A stretch of 64,000 nucleotides of DNA, from contig CAVULX010000003.1 in the NCBI GenBank assembly GCA_963742415.1, positions 384,001 through 448,000 of the forward strand, read 5' to 3'. Made by a program: the position numbers and the translations under genes. The notes under the pieces are model-generated. The model made no database searches. It saw only the letters and a list, made by a program, of their open reading frames with translations, and was not told where the DNA came from. This DNA is from an uncultured Parachlamydiaceae bacterium (GTDB lineage Bacteria; Chlamydiota; Chlamydiia; Chlamydiales; Parachlamydiaceae). Positions 1-9,272 of the stretch are shown piece after piece; position 1 is the stretch's first letter; every line of letters begins with the position of its first letter.

Positions 1-930
1 GCAGCTTATGATGCTAAATTTCAAGCTGACAAAGAGCAAACCCATCAACAAGTTGAAATCGTCATAGGTAAAATTGAGACCTTATTTAATGAATTAAATG
101 GGTTTTTAGATCAAGAACAAGAGAAAGTTCAGTTTCACTTTAATATCGTAAATGATTGGGAGAACCGCATAGATCATCTTATCGCTTTTGGCAACAAATT
201 TCCCAAAACTTCTTTCGTTGAACTTTATACAACATCAGGCGCATATCAAGCTGCTGAAGTTGCGAGCCAGAAGATTGCTGAATGGTATAGTTGTTTTCAT
301 AAACCCCCATCTTCTAACTCATCATCAGAGCTTTTCACAGCAACGCAAATAAATGAAGCAAGACCTCAAATAAATGAAGTAAGCCCTCAAAGCCCATTGA
401 AACAACATTCGGATGCAGAGGGAACCAAAGATCCGATTAAAGAGTTAGCGCAAAAGTGGGAAAAAAAATCGAATGGCATAGAGAACGAAAACCAGAAATT
501 AAAAACATGCCATGCAATATTTCTAAAGATATTAGATGGGATGGAAAAAGCCTACAAATCAAAACGAAATCTGTTTATCAAAAACATAAAAAAATACTTT
601 ATAGATGCCTTTATAGAAAAAGGGGAAGCGCTAATAAAAGAGCTTGAAGCAAATAACAAAATACTTGCCGACGTTAAAGACAAAGCAGTCATAAGTGATG
701 CAAACAAGAAATATCTGCAATTTGATCAAAAAAGCAAACCTAAACTGGATCAATTGCTCTCTGATAAAAACAATAAATTGGTACATAACTTCAATAAGTC
801 AGACTGTTTTAAATGCCAGTCTGTTGGGTATATTAAACAAAATGAACAGATAAAATCTCAGATTAATACCATTCTCTCCCTACTTCATCAGCTTTCTAAA
901 GATTATATTCTACCAACCGAAGAAACATGA
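1..930 (+). CDS. Hypothetical helical/coiled-coil protein, 5'-truncated by the window edge
   Basis: Frame 1 is open from base 1 (AAYDAKFQADKEQ...) through the ORF-track ORF 397..930; stop overlaps next ATG (ATGA at 927-930). Imperfect 21-bp tandem repeat at about 346-390 (QINEARP/QINEVSP). Confidence 0.75.
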   Translation, partial: AAYDAKFQADKEQTHQQVEIVIGKIETLFNELNGFLDQEQEKVQFHFNIVNDWENRIDHLIAFGNKFPKTSFVELYTTSGAYQAAEVASQKIAEWYSCFHKPPSSNSSSELFTATQINEARPQINEVSPQSPLKQHSDAEGTKDPIKELAQKWEKKSNGIENENQKLKTCHAIFLKILDGMEKAYKSKRNLFIKNIKKYFIDAFIEKGEALIKELEANNKILADVKDKAVISDANKKYLQFDQKSKPKLDQLLSDKNNKLVHNFNKSDCFKCQSVGYIKQNEQIKSQINTILSLLHQLSKDYILPTEET

Positions 931-2015
931 AATCCGCAGCAGCAACATCGTTGCATACACAAACTTTCACAATTTACCAAGATGAGAAAGAGTCGCCTGA
1001 GGTTATCCACTTAAGACTTAAAATCCAGAACGACTCAGAAAAATATCTTTCCTGTCTAAAGGCGATGGAAGGGCTAGGAAAAACTTTGCTCAAACACAAA
1101 AATGAAAAGGACACTCTTTCCCTTAGACTATTCCAGCATGGATTCAAGATGATGGTGTTTGCTAAAAAATCTCAAACCATGGACTTAAATGAAATTCCAA
1201 AAAAGATTGACAAACATCTTAATAAACTTAAGGCTATTCTTCGACACCCTTTTGGAGAAATCCTTTTAAAAGATCCTTGGCTTGTGGGGGATCTCGTCTG
1301 GGAAAAAGAAGTGCTGGAGTGGTATAAGAGATGCTTTAAGTTCTTTTCCGATGAATCTATCGATTCGAAGCCCCACCAATTTGCGAGTGACATGCTCTCA
1401 TTCCTTCAAAAGTTTCCGGCGACCAGGGAAGATCAACAACCAAAGCTGTCTAAAAGGTTACCCCAAGTTCAAGCTGCCGCCATTAACAAGCTTGGTATTA
1501 AAGTCATCGTTTTTCCACAGAATCAAGATGATTCTGCATCTATCGATAGGATTCAAGATTATGCGCCTCTCAATGCCGAGGTAGCAAAACAGGAGTTATT
1601 GCTTTTTGATGAGCTCATGCAGCTCGCGCAGGATGAAAGAGATGCCTTACAAAACAAAAAGGAATCTAAACAAAAAATTGAGATGCAAAAAGCCCACAAC
1701 CAGGAACTAAAAAAGCAAACTGAAATAAGCCGCAAGCGATTCGAAGAAAACACTGAACAGCACACAAAGGAAATTTTGGGAGTTTTACAAGAAATCAGAG
1801 ATGAATACATGACAATTTATAATTTGGCTCAAAGAAGGCTTGAGGAATCTGAAAACAATCTTAAAGAAGCCATGAACGATATCAAAGAAAGCATGGCAAA
1901 AATAAGCACAATGGAAGAGCATATTCGACAACTCTATTATCAAATCAGTTGCTTGCAGGGTCGCATCGCCTCTGTGAGCAACAGCAGCAGTCGATCGTCG
2001 TGCTTTATTTCTTAG
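927..2015 (+). CDS. Putative effector: degenerate U-box-like domain, coiled coil, C-terminal CaaX motif (CFIS)
   Basis: LRHPFGEILLKDPWLVGDLVWEKEVLEWY...KPHQFASDMLSFL resembles the U-box pattern CPITxExMxDPVxxxxGxTYERxAIxxW...PNxxLxxxIxxW; E/K/Q-rich heptads; ends SSSRSSCFIS-stop. Confidence 0.6.
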   Translation: MKSAAATSLHTQTFTIYQDEKESPEVIHLRLKIQNDSEKYLSCLKAMEGLGKTLLKHKNEKDTLSLRLFQHGFKMMVFAKKSQTMDLNEIPKKIDKHLNKLKAILRHPFGEILLKDPWLVGDLVWEKEVLEWYKRCFKFFSDESIDSKPHQFASDMLSFLQKFPATREDQQPKLSKRLPQVQAAAINKLGIKVIVFPQNQDDSASIDRIQDYAPLNAEVAKQELLLFDELMQLAQDERDALQNKKESKQKIEMQKAHNQELKKQTEISRKRFEENTEQHTKEILGVLQEIRDEYMTIYNLAQRRLEESENNLKEAMNDIKESMAKISTMEEHIRQLYYQISCLQGRIASVSNSSSRSSCFIS

Positions 2016-2036
2016 CGTAAAATACAAGGGAACCAT

Positions 2037-2825
2037 ATGACAACATTAACTGTCACAGAAACAAGGGATCGTTTAGTTTCTAGCCAAACAACCTCTTTCA
2101 GGGCAACTTTGAGGATACAAAGAGAAGACGAAAAGCGGGTTATCGAGCCTGAAAAAGAATTAAAAACGATTATAGAAAGGATGAAAGAGGGTTGTAAAGA
2201 ACTTTCTAGTCAGTATCAACAAGAGGTTTTAACTGTAATTGCTGAATTTGAAGAGGAATTTTTTCAGAATTACAGAATTGACTCTAAAGATAACATAGAG
2301 CAAAAAAAAGCCATCAATGCCCTTTGTTTTTTCTATTTCAATCATGTTGAATTTATCAAAGACAACTATGCTCAAGGTGATGCAGAAAAAGACGCATGGA
2401 AGGCTTTTGAAAAGGACCTTGTGGATATCATTCAAAGCATTCTCCCTCCTGATGAAAATGTTCATGCGTTTATGAATAATTATAAAAGAAACGACAGCCT
2501 TTGCAATTTACTCTTGATAGGCCAACAAAAATGTCAAAACTTAGAAGGACGGCTATACGATTCAGCCAATCAGACTAATGAAACAGCTAAAGCTTTGTTT
2601 AACGAAGGACAAAAAGAGCTATTGGTTTTTATAGATACAAGGCAACAAAACGTCACCCAAATGCATGCAGAGATTAAAAGCCCCGTCGATAAACTTAGAC
2701 AACTGTATTCTGCATTAGAAAGACAACAAAAAACGGTTCAAGAAATCGATAACGAAGCTGTAAAGCAAAAAAACAGGCAAACAAAAAATTTAACTCATAT
2801 AAAAAATTTATTGAACAAGGATTAA
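2037..2825 (+). CDS. Hypothetical coiled-coil protein
   Basis: 262-aa ORF, purine-rich RBS (aaggga), Thr/Ser-rich N-terminus, heptad-rich C-terminus. Confidence 0.75.
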   Translation: MTTLTVTETRDRLVSSQTTSFRATLRIQREDEKRVIEPEKELKTIIERMKEGCKELSSQYQQEVLTVIAEFEEEFFQNYRIDSKDNIEQKKAINALCFFYFNHVEFIKDNYAQGDAEKDAWKAFEKDLVDIIQSILPPDENVHAFMNNYKRNDSLCNLLLIGQQKCQNLEGRLYDSANQTNETAKALFNEGQKELLVFIDTRQQNVTQMHAEIKSPVDKLRQLYSALERQQKTVQEIDNEAVKQKNRQTKNLTHIKNLLNKD

Positions 2826-2827
2826 AT

Positions 2828-3319
2828 ATGCAACCAAAAATGCGATCGATGCGAGACATGCATCAGGCAGTCGCTTTTCAAATGCTATGTGATCAATTAT
2901 CTTCTCAAGGCCAATCTCCTGCAGATCTTGTCAAAGCTGAAAATCAAGCCGCTGCACAAAATCTTCTCGAGACCCAAGCCACATTGCAGCTAGAGTTAAT
3001 ACAAAGAATAAAATCTGCTTTTGAACAGTTAAACAAACTGATCGAGGAAGCTAACCAACACAACCCTTATCTTCCCGTAGAAATGGGCATCCAAAATCTG
3101 ACCATGTCTAAGTCAAATCTGGAAAGGGTAAATAATAAATTGTCAGCCAGTGTAAACGACATATCCTCTCAAATTGAAAAACAAAAAAGCCAAAATGAAA
3201 TTATAACGGCAGATCTTCTCTTCGCAAAAATGAAGAAAAGGAAACAATCTAACGGACAACTTCTCACTTTTATGAATAGATTTAACACCAAAGTCTGCAC
3301 TCACATTTCAAAAAAATAA
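2828..3319 (+). CDS. Hypothetical coiled-coil protein
   Basis: 163-aa ORF starting 2 bp after the previous stop; Q/N/K-rich helical sequence. Confidence 0.7.
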   Translation: MQPKMRSMRDMHQAVAFQMLCDQLSSQGQSPADLVKAENQAAAQNLLETQATLQLELIQRIKSAFEQLNKLIEEANQHNPYLPVEMGIQNLTMSKSNLERVNNKLSASVNDISSQIEKQKSQNEIITADLLFAKMKKRKQSNGQLLTFMNRFNTKVCTHISKK

Positions 3320-3329
3320 TATTACTAAA

Positions 3330-4337
3330 ATGAACGAGATATCAAGAGCCTGTACGAAAAATTTGTCAACATCTGTTGTGACGGCCGATGTGAATTTGCG
3401 GAGACGCATCTTAGCCGAGCTTTGGGAGGTTCGGGATGAGTTACAACGATATGGGTTTGTAATTAACCATCCCATTCCTGAAGATGCAGACCCTCTTTTG
3501 TCCTGGATATTTGAATGGTACACAACATTTATGAAAGCCTTAAACAATCCAGAACGTCAAATGGATCGATATAGCATCATCAATGAAAAAAAGATCATTG
3601 ATCGTTTTATGGAAAGTCTAGAGAAGGCATTTATAAATCCTATAAATTCTGAAGAACCATTTAATGACAACCTATTTGGAGAATATCCCCATCCCATTGT
3701 TAGATTTGTAATCGCAAAGATGAGGACTCCTCATTCCCTTTTTTATTCAGAGTCCGTTTATCGGGCAGCTCTTAAGAAAGAAGAGGTTGAAAAAAAGCAA
3801 GAAGGCGATTCTGAATCCCAATTCCAGGTGATTGAAGCGATTCAAAAACAAAGGGAACTCCAGCAAAATGAGAGCATGCAAGAATTGGTGCAACTCGAAC
3901 AATTTTACCAACAGATGGAAATAAGTGTTCTTGGCCCCTTCGCTGATATGGATCGAAAAATGAAACAAAGTTTTGCGGAGCTTAAAATCAAAATTCAAGA
4001 ATCAAGTGAAAATGACAAAATTAAGAGGGAACCTCTTCTCATAGCGATTGATCATCTTCAAAAAGGGATCCAAAACTTACAGGAGAAAAAGGAAAAATTA
4101 AATGCCGAAATCGAGAGAATGAATTCCGAACTGTATGCGTTGCAGAGAGCCGAAAAAGAGTTAGAAATCGAAGTTAATGAGCTTGAAAGAAAGGCCATGG
4201 AAGAGAAAAAAAATGGACTTTCTGAAATTCTAGAAAAAGGGCTTTTTATGGCTGCTTCCATGCTTGCCACATGGGGTGCTTCTCAAGCCTTGTCCGGTTT
4301 CAAGATTATCTTCAGCAACGGCCCTATCCCTCTTTGA
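3330..4337 (+). CDS. Coiled-coil protein with C-terminal hydrophobic helix (putative tail-anchored effector)
   Basis: 335 aa; long heptad region, then GLFMAASMLATWGASQAL; FINPIN...YPHPIVRFVI echoes the motif in 927..2015. Confidence 0.7.
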   Translation: MNEISRACTKNLSTSVVTADVNLRRRILAELWEVRDELQRYGFVINHPIPEDADPLLSWIFEWYTTFMKALNNPERQMDRYSIINEKKIIDRFMESLEKAFINPINSEEPFNDNLFGEYPHPIVRFVIAKMRTPHSLFYSESVYRAALKKEEVEKKQEGDSESQFQVIEAIQKQRELQQNESMQELVQLEQFYQQMEISVLGPFADMDRKMKQSFAELKIKIQESSENDKIKREPLLIAIDHLQKGIQNLQEKKEKLNAEIERMNSELYALQRAEKELEIEVNELERKAMEEKKNGLSEILEKGLFMAASMLATWGASQALSGFKIIFSNGPIPL

Positions 4338-4521
4338 CAAAGTTGTGAATAAGGCCGCATAGTGTGATTTAAACAAATGTCACTATAGCTTCAGAGGAAT
4401 TCCCAGTGAGGTAACTTTCCATTGGACTTCAAGCAGCGGCTGATGATATAACCGATTCGATGAAATTTAGCTGATGCCTTAAATTTCATAAAAACCATAA
4501 AACTAAATAAGGAGTTTTCAA

Positions 4522-4899
4522 ATGGTTAATTCAATTAGTGGTATCAGCAATTTAACTGCTTTTTCTCAGGTAATAGATGACGATTCAGATGACGATAGTG
4601 AATTGGATGAACAATACCTCGTCCTTCCGCCCTCTTCCAATGCTATACATGACCCAAACAATGATATTACTCCTGAGCCTTTTGTAAGTTCAAAACTTGT
4701 CGAAAAAAACGTTGTAAGTGAAAAAGAAAACCTTGTTTATCAAGAATACTTTAGAATTACCTCCAGTTCTGAATATAAAGAAAATCCTCGTGCTTATGTA
4801 CAACAGTTGATTCAGCAAAGAAAAAATGAAAAAAATGAAAAATGGATGTTTCCTAAAGATGATGTATTAGAGAAGCTCAAGCAAGAACATGGAATTTAA
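4522..4899 (+). CDS. Hypothetical protein with acidic tract, effector-like N-terminus
   Basis: RBS aaggag; starts MVNSISGISN, followed by DDDSDDDSE. Confidence 0.7.
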   Translation: MVNSISGISNLTAFSQVIDDDSDDDSELDEQYLVLPPSSNAIHDPNNDITPEPFVSSKLVEKNVVSEKENLVYQEYFRITSSSEYKENPRAYVQQLIQQRKNEKNEKWMFPKDDVLEKLKQEHGI

Positions 4900-4916
4900 T
4901 TATTTTTTATATACCA

Positions 4917-4940
4917 AAAGTCATGATGTATCATGACTTT
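4917..4940. terminator. Hairpin between convergent genes, probable terminator
   Basis: aaagtcatga-tgta-tcatgacttt, perfect 10-bp stem followed by a T-rich tract. Confidence 0.55.
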
Positions 4941-4945
4941 CTGTT

Positions 4946-4972
4946 TTTGGAGTGCGGCTTGCCGCCGCTTTG
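4946..4972. repeat. REP-like element (GGAGTGCGGC family)
   Basis: tttggagtgcggcttgccgccgctttg; shares its core with 8118..8155 and 35352..35373. Confidence 0.55.
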
Positions 4973-5079
4973 ACATCGTCTTGGCGATGCTCTGAAGTTT
5001 GGATGTTTCTTAAATAAATTCCCGAAGGGAATTTATAATCATGAAAACCACGGAAGGTTTTCAATATCCTTCTCCATAT

Positions 5080-5607
5080 CTAATGCTTTGTGACTTTAGG
5101 GATGGAAGGGACAAATTGGTTAAGATCGGGTTTTTTAAAGTCAGAGGGAAAGTCTCCGTCTTTCGCAGGTAGCCACTTTTCATTTCGACCAAAAATTAAA
5201 AGTTCTCCACGCACAATCAATTTGCCATTATCGAGCCACATTTTGGCATCGTAAATTTTCCCTTTTTCAGGATCCAAAATTTTGCCATCAACATATTTTG
5301 AGCCCTCTTTTTTCAAATCCCATAGGATATCCAATCCATTATAAAAAGGGTTTCCTGTAACACCCGGAGCTCGGTCTTTAGGGTGGTCAATGGTTTCTCC
5401 AATATTTCCAAACATATCGTAGGTGGCGACAATTCTCCCGTAGTATTTCCCTTGATACTCATAAACGGCGACAATGCTTTCAGGCTGACCGCTTTTATCG
5501 TTGATCGTTTTCCAAAAGCCTATCACCTCTTCAGAACTTAAAATAGGGGGCATCAAAAGAAGCAAAAATAAAAAAAGGGTTCCTACCTTATTCATCGCGC
5601 ACCTCAA
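5080..5607 (-). CDS. DUF2147 family exported protein
   Basis: Signal peptide; motifs GFWKTIND, GLDILWDLK, GKILDPEKGKIY, LIVRGELLIFGRNEKW. Confidence 0.85.
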   Translation of the reverse strand: MRCAMNKVGTLFLFLLLLMPPILSSEEVIGFWKTINDKSGQPESIVAVYEYQGKYYGRIVATYDMFGNIGETIDHPKDRAPGVTGNPFYNGLDILWDLKKEGSKYVDGKILDPEKGKIYDAKMWLDNGKLIVRGELLIFGRNEKWLPAKDGDFPSDFKKPDLNQFVPSIPKVTKH

Positions 5608-5650
5608 AAAAGATTGATAACTTGAGTTGATAATTTTTTTTTGAAGTTAA

Positions 5651-6604
5651 TCAAACGTTTGATTTGTGCGCAATCCCATAAATGGAATCCCAGTAGAAAT
5701 CTTGGCTGCTGAGCCTTTTTTTGAGCCAGAAGGGCCCTTTGTGAGAGGCTTGGCCGATTTTGTAGCCGGCAAATTTGAAGAGCGTTTGGACGCAGGCATA
5801 GGGAATATGTTTAGGGCTTTCCTTAAACAATTTTTTTAACAGTTCCTGTACAAATTTTTTTCCACGCTGAGAATCCTTTCCTGCGCCTTCTAAAAGGTGC
5901 CTATACCCCTTGCGTGCTAATCCGATGTCAAAATGGCGTCTAAATTCTTGCATTAAGGAATATTTGTGTGAATGTTTGACGACTGCGTCGGCTGCATAGG
6001 CAATTTTATGTCCCTTTCTCAAGAGCTTCGCTACGGCCACAGTATCTTCCCCAAACAAAGTGGGAGAAAAACCTCCGATTTCATCCAAGGCGGAATTTAA
6101 ATAAGCCGCACAGGTATCTGAACAAAAGAAAGTATAAATTCCATGTTTAGAAATGTCATCAAGGCTCCGCAATTCACTTGTAGATGGATAATTAAATTCA
6201 CGAGGAAAAGCTTCCATGATGCTGGCGCCATCGTGGGGGATTTGCCTGGCATAAGAGACAGAAGCTCTGTTTTCTAGGAGAGGGGTCACCAATCGCTCTA
6301 GCACTTGATTGTCAAGCGCATAGGCATCTGGAGTTACCATGACGACGATCTCTGTATTCAAATATCTACGCACCTCTTCCCTCGTTGCACCATGGTTAAA
6401 GTGGGCGCGGGGAACAATGAAAATGTCAGCCCCCATCTCTTTGGCGAGCTCCACAGTGCCATCGTGGGAAGATGAATTAACCACAACCACACGGGAAGGA
6501 AGGGAAGCTTGCAAGAATGGGGGAAGACATTTAGGTAAGTGATGCTTGGCTTTGTGGGTGATGAACGCTACCCCAATGGAGCCTTTTTTTCTATGCGCCC
6601 CCAT
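5651..6604 (-). CDS. Glycosyltransferase family 2 (rhamnosyltransferase-like)
   Basis: NSSSHDGT, FNHGATR, TPDA, YARQIP, FGED, VKHSHKYS motifs. Confidence 0.85.
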   Translation of the reverse strand: MGAHRKKGSIGVAFITHKAKHHLPKCLPPFLQASLPSRVVVVNSSSHDGTVELAKEMGADIFIVPRAHFNHGATREEVRRYLNTEIVVMVTPDAYALDNQVLERLVTPLLENRASVSYARQIPHDGASIMEAFPREFNYPSTSELRSLDDISKHGIYTFFCSDTCAAYLNSALDEIGGFSPTLFGEDTVAVAKLLRKGHKIAYAADAVVKHSHKYSLMQEFRRHFDIGLARKGYRHLLEGAGKDSQRGKKFVQELLKKLFKESPKHIPYACVQTLFKFAGYKIGQASHKGPFWLKKRLSSQDFYWDSIYGIAHKSNV

Positions 6605-7529
6605 AGATACTCCTATAAAATTCTGCTAGTTCATTCCATGCGTGGGTTTCATCCCATTGCAGTTCTTGCGGATTTAAAGGGGAGTCATTGACCCGGATGA
6701 GAGGCTCTGAAAAATCGACTTGTTTTCCGATTTCATATCGGCACGGAAGGGAAAGCCTGTGTGCCATCTCCTGGGCAAAACGAGCTGTAAATGCCCCTTG
6801 AGATTCGAGGTAAAAGCTTGGATTTGTCTTTTCACACCCTGGGGATACGGTTAATCCTCTTGCAAAGGCCGCATACGCCTTTGCCAATAGGGACACAGGA
6901 ATATTATCTCTCACATAATCGGGAGTCCTTACAATTGGAATTTCCCTTTTCAGCCAAGCTTGAATGAGATAGCTGGTGTAACGGACCTCTTCATAAGGGC
7001 CGAAAGGATTGGGAATCACGAATTTGCCTAATTTCATCTTTAACGTTGTGGTGTAATACCGGAAAACCTCCGATGTTAGCCCTTTGGACAAGCCATATGG
7101 TGAAACAGCTCGTAAGTCATCGGACCCTTTCCCCTCATTCTGCTCGAAGACACTTCCTGTGAGGAGGATCTTATGGCAATTTTTGTGGATAAGGGCTTCC
7201 AGAACATGTTTGATGCCATGGCTGTTATTGGCCAAGGCTATAGCAGGGTTAAAATCGGGGCTTTTATAATTGGCCACATCGGCAGCATGGTGGCAAAAGA
7301 GATCCCAATCATTCTGCTGAATGATCTCGAGAAAAAAAGGAGTTCCGAAAGGGCAGTTAAAAACATTTTCACAGACGCTGTTTAAAAGCTCCACACGTTT
7401 TCGACGAAGACCTGTGTAAGAGGGAAAAGGGGATCGAAAACATGCCGTCACCTGATGCCCTGCCTGGACAAGTTCTTTTACAAACCACATACCTGTGAGA
7501 GAACTCCCGCCTGTAAAAAGAATTTTCAT
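6591..7529 (-). CDS. NAD-dependent epimerase/dehydratase (SDR), probable 4-keto-reductase
   Basis: TGGSSLTG Rossmann motif; YGLSK catalytic motif; NPFGP. Confidence 0.85.
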   Translation of the reverse strand: MKILFTGGSSLTGMWFVKELVQAGHQVTACFRSPFPSYTGLRRKRVELLNSVCENVFNCPFGTPFFLEIIQQNDWDLFCHHAADVANYKSPDFNPAIALANNSHGIKHVLEALIHKNCHKILLTGSVFEQNEGKGSDDLRAVSPYGLSKGLTSEVFRYYTTTLKMKLGKFVIPNPFGPYEEVRYTSYLIQAWLKREIPIVRTPDYVRDNIPVSLLAKAYAAFARGLTVSPGCEKTNPSFYLESQGAFTARFAQEMAHRLSLPCRYEIGKQVDFSEPLIRVNDSPLNPQELQWDETHAWNELAEFYRSIYGGA

Positions 7530-8092
7530 TGGGTAATAGCCTCATCGACAAGCAAATGGTAAGAAGGGTCGAAGTCGGGGTGGCTTTGATCCCTCTCAGA
7601 AATATTCGTGGGTGCTGAAGGCCAAGAAATCTTAAATGTCGGATCATTCCACCGGACCCCCCGTTCAAACTCTTTTGAGTAGACTGCGGATACAAAATAA
7701 AGCACTTCAGAATCCTCTTCGAGAGTTAAAAAACCGTGGGCGAAACCTTTTGGAACATACATCATTGTGCGATTTTCTGCCGATAGTGTAGCTCCGAAGG
7801 ACTTTCCGAAAGTCGGCGAATCTTTTCTAAGGTCGAGGATCACATCATAAAAGGAGCCGCGGACACAACGCACCAGTTTTGTTTCTGCGTGAGGTCCCAA
7901 CTGATAATGCAACCCCCTTAAAGTTCCTGCGTGAACGCTATGGGAGTTGTTAGCTTGAATAAAGTTTGTGTCCAAGCCATGCCGTGCAAATTCTTCTGTG
8001 CAAAATAGGCGGGAAAAAAATCCGCGAGCATCTTCCCTTTTTTCCAAATCTATTAAATAAGCTCCCGCTAGGGGAAATGGAGTATAGCGCAT
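7526..8092 (-). CDS. rfbC: NDP-4-keto-6-deoxyglucose 3,5-epimerase (RmlC family)
   Basis: DARGFFSR, GTLRGLHYQ, KLVRCVRG, YVPKGFAHGF motifs. Confidence 0.93.
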   Translation of the reverse strand: MRYTPFPLAGAYLIDLEKREDARGFFSRLFCTEEFARHGLDTNFIQANNSHSVHAGTLRGLHYQLGPHAETKLVRCVRGSFYDVILDLRKDSPTFGKSFGATLSAENRTMMYVPKGFAHGFLTLEEDSEVLYFVSAVYSKEFERGVRWNDPTFKISWPSAPTNISERDQSHPDFDPSYHLLVDEAITQ

Positions 8093-8117
8093 CGTTTTCC
8101 TTTTTTTACCAATTTAA

Positions 8118-8155
8118 AATTTGAAGTGCGGCGGCTTGGCGCCGCACTTCAAATT
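8118..8155. repeat. Perfect 16-bp-arm palindrome (REP-like) inside the sugar operon
   Basis: aatttgaagtgcggcg-gcttgg-cgccgcacttcaaatt. Confidence 0.75.
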
Positions 8156-9272
8156 AATTTCTAACACATACTTTCTCCCTCTCTTTTGCCCAGGGGAGGT
8201 TGAGCTCAGAGGCTTTGACTGCATGGTCTTCAATATGGGAAACCGCCACTTCGTACATATCGTGCCCTGCTGCATAGGCTTTAAACCAATCGATAGTTTC
8301 TTTTACGCTTTCTTCCCAATTGTAGACAGGCCGCCAATTTAAATCGTTTGCAGCTTTATCCCAAGCCAAGCGCAACATTTTCATTTCAGGCTTTATGTTA
8401 GATTTTGAGGCATTGACCCATTCCCCTTCTCCCCATAGTTCAATCGCTTTTTCCACAAGGGTATGAACGGCGATTCCTGGGTTTTCTAAAGGCCCAAAAT
8501 TCCAAGCTTGTGCATAGGGGCGGCCTTCTTCTAACAAACAAACTCCCAACCATAAGTATCCGCTAAGTGGATCTAAAACACTCGTCCAAGGCCTGATGCT
8601 GTGGGGATTTCGTATCTGAATCGGTTTCCCTTCGATTAAGGCTTTCATTGAATCGGGAAGGGTTCTATGGGGGGAAAAATCGCCCCCTCCAATCACATTT
8701 CCGGCGCGCGCAGACGCGACTGCCGGCCCGTTTTCTTTGAAAAAAGATTTTTGGTAGGCGGCAATAGCTAATTCTGCCATAGCCTTGCTTGCGCTGTAGG
8801 GATCTTGCCCACCTAAAGGGTCATTTTCCCTATACCCCCAAATCCATTCCTTATTGTCATAACATTTGTCCGTGGTGATCATGACCATCGCTTGGACAGC
8901 TTCGCAATGGCGCGCAGCTTCAAGGACGTTGACAGTTCCCTGGGCATTGATTTCGAAGGTGGCTTTTGGATCTGCATAGGAGTCCAGTACGATCGCTTGA
9001 GCCGCTAAATGGAAAATGATCTCTGGTTGATAATGTGTGATCGCCTGTTGCAGTTTTTCAAAATCGCGAATATCCCCTTCAATGTGGATGATTTTTTCTT
9101 CTAAACGGGTAGCGGCAAAATGGCTGGGGGTGGTGGGAGGGGGCAGACTATATCCGATGACTTGGGCTCCCAACTCTTTAAGCCACAAGGCCAGCCAAGA
9201 GCCTTTAAAGCCTGTATGCCCAGTGACAAGCACTGTTTTTCCTTCATAACAATTCAGAAATTGATTTTTCAT
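8154..9272 (-). CDS. rfbG: CDP-glucose 4,6-dehydratase
   Basis: VTGHTGFKGSWL, TTDKCY, DPYSASK, RAGNVIGGGD. Start placed at ATG 9272, overlapping the rfbF stop (ATGA). Confidence 0.95.
   Translation of the reverse strand: MKNQFLNCYEGKTVLVTGHTGFKGSWLALWLKELGAQVIGYSLPPPTTPSHFAATRLEEKIIHIEGDIRDFEKLQQAITHYQPEIIFHLAAQAIVLDSYADPKATFEINAQGTVNVLEAARHCEAVQAMVMITTDKCYDNKEWIWGYRENDPLGGQDPYSASKAMAELAIAAYQKSFFKENGPAVASARAGNVIGGGDFSPHRTLPDSMKALIEGKPIQIRNPHSIRPWTSVLDPLSGYLWLGVCLLEEGRPYAQAWNFGPLENPGIAVHTLVEKAIELWGEGEWVNASKSNIKPEMKMLRLAWDKAANDLNWRPVYNWEESVKETIDWFKAYAAGHDMYEVAVSHIEDHAVKASELNLPWAKEREKVCVRN

Noticed and set aside
4338-4521. Intergenic hairpins (atagtg...cactat; atgaaattta...taaatttcat) as a riboswitch or ncRNA
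   Set aside because: No recognisable riboswitch consensus; could be a terminator or operator. An Rfam scan would be needed.
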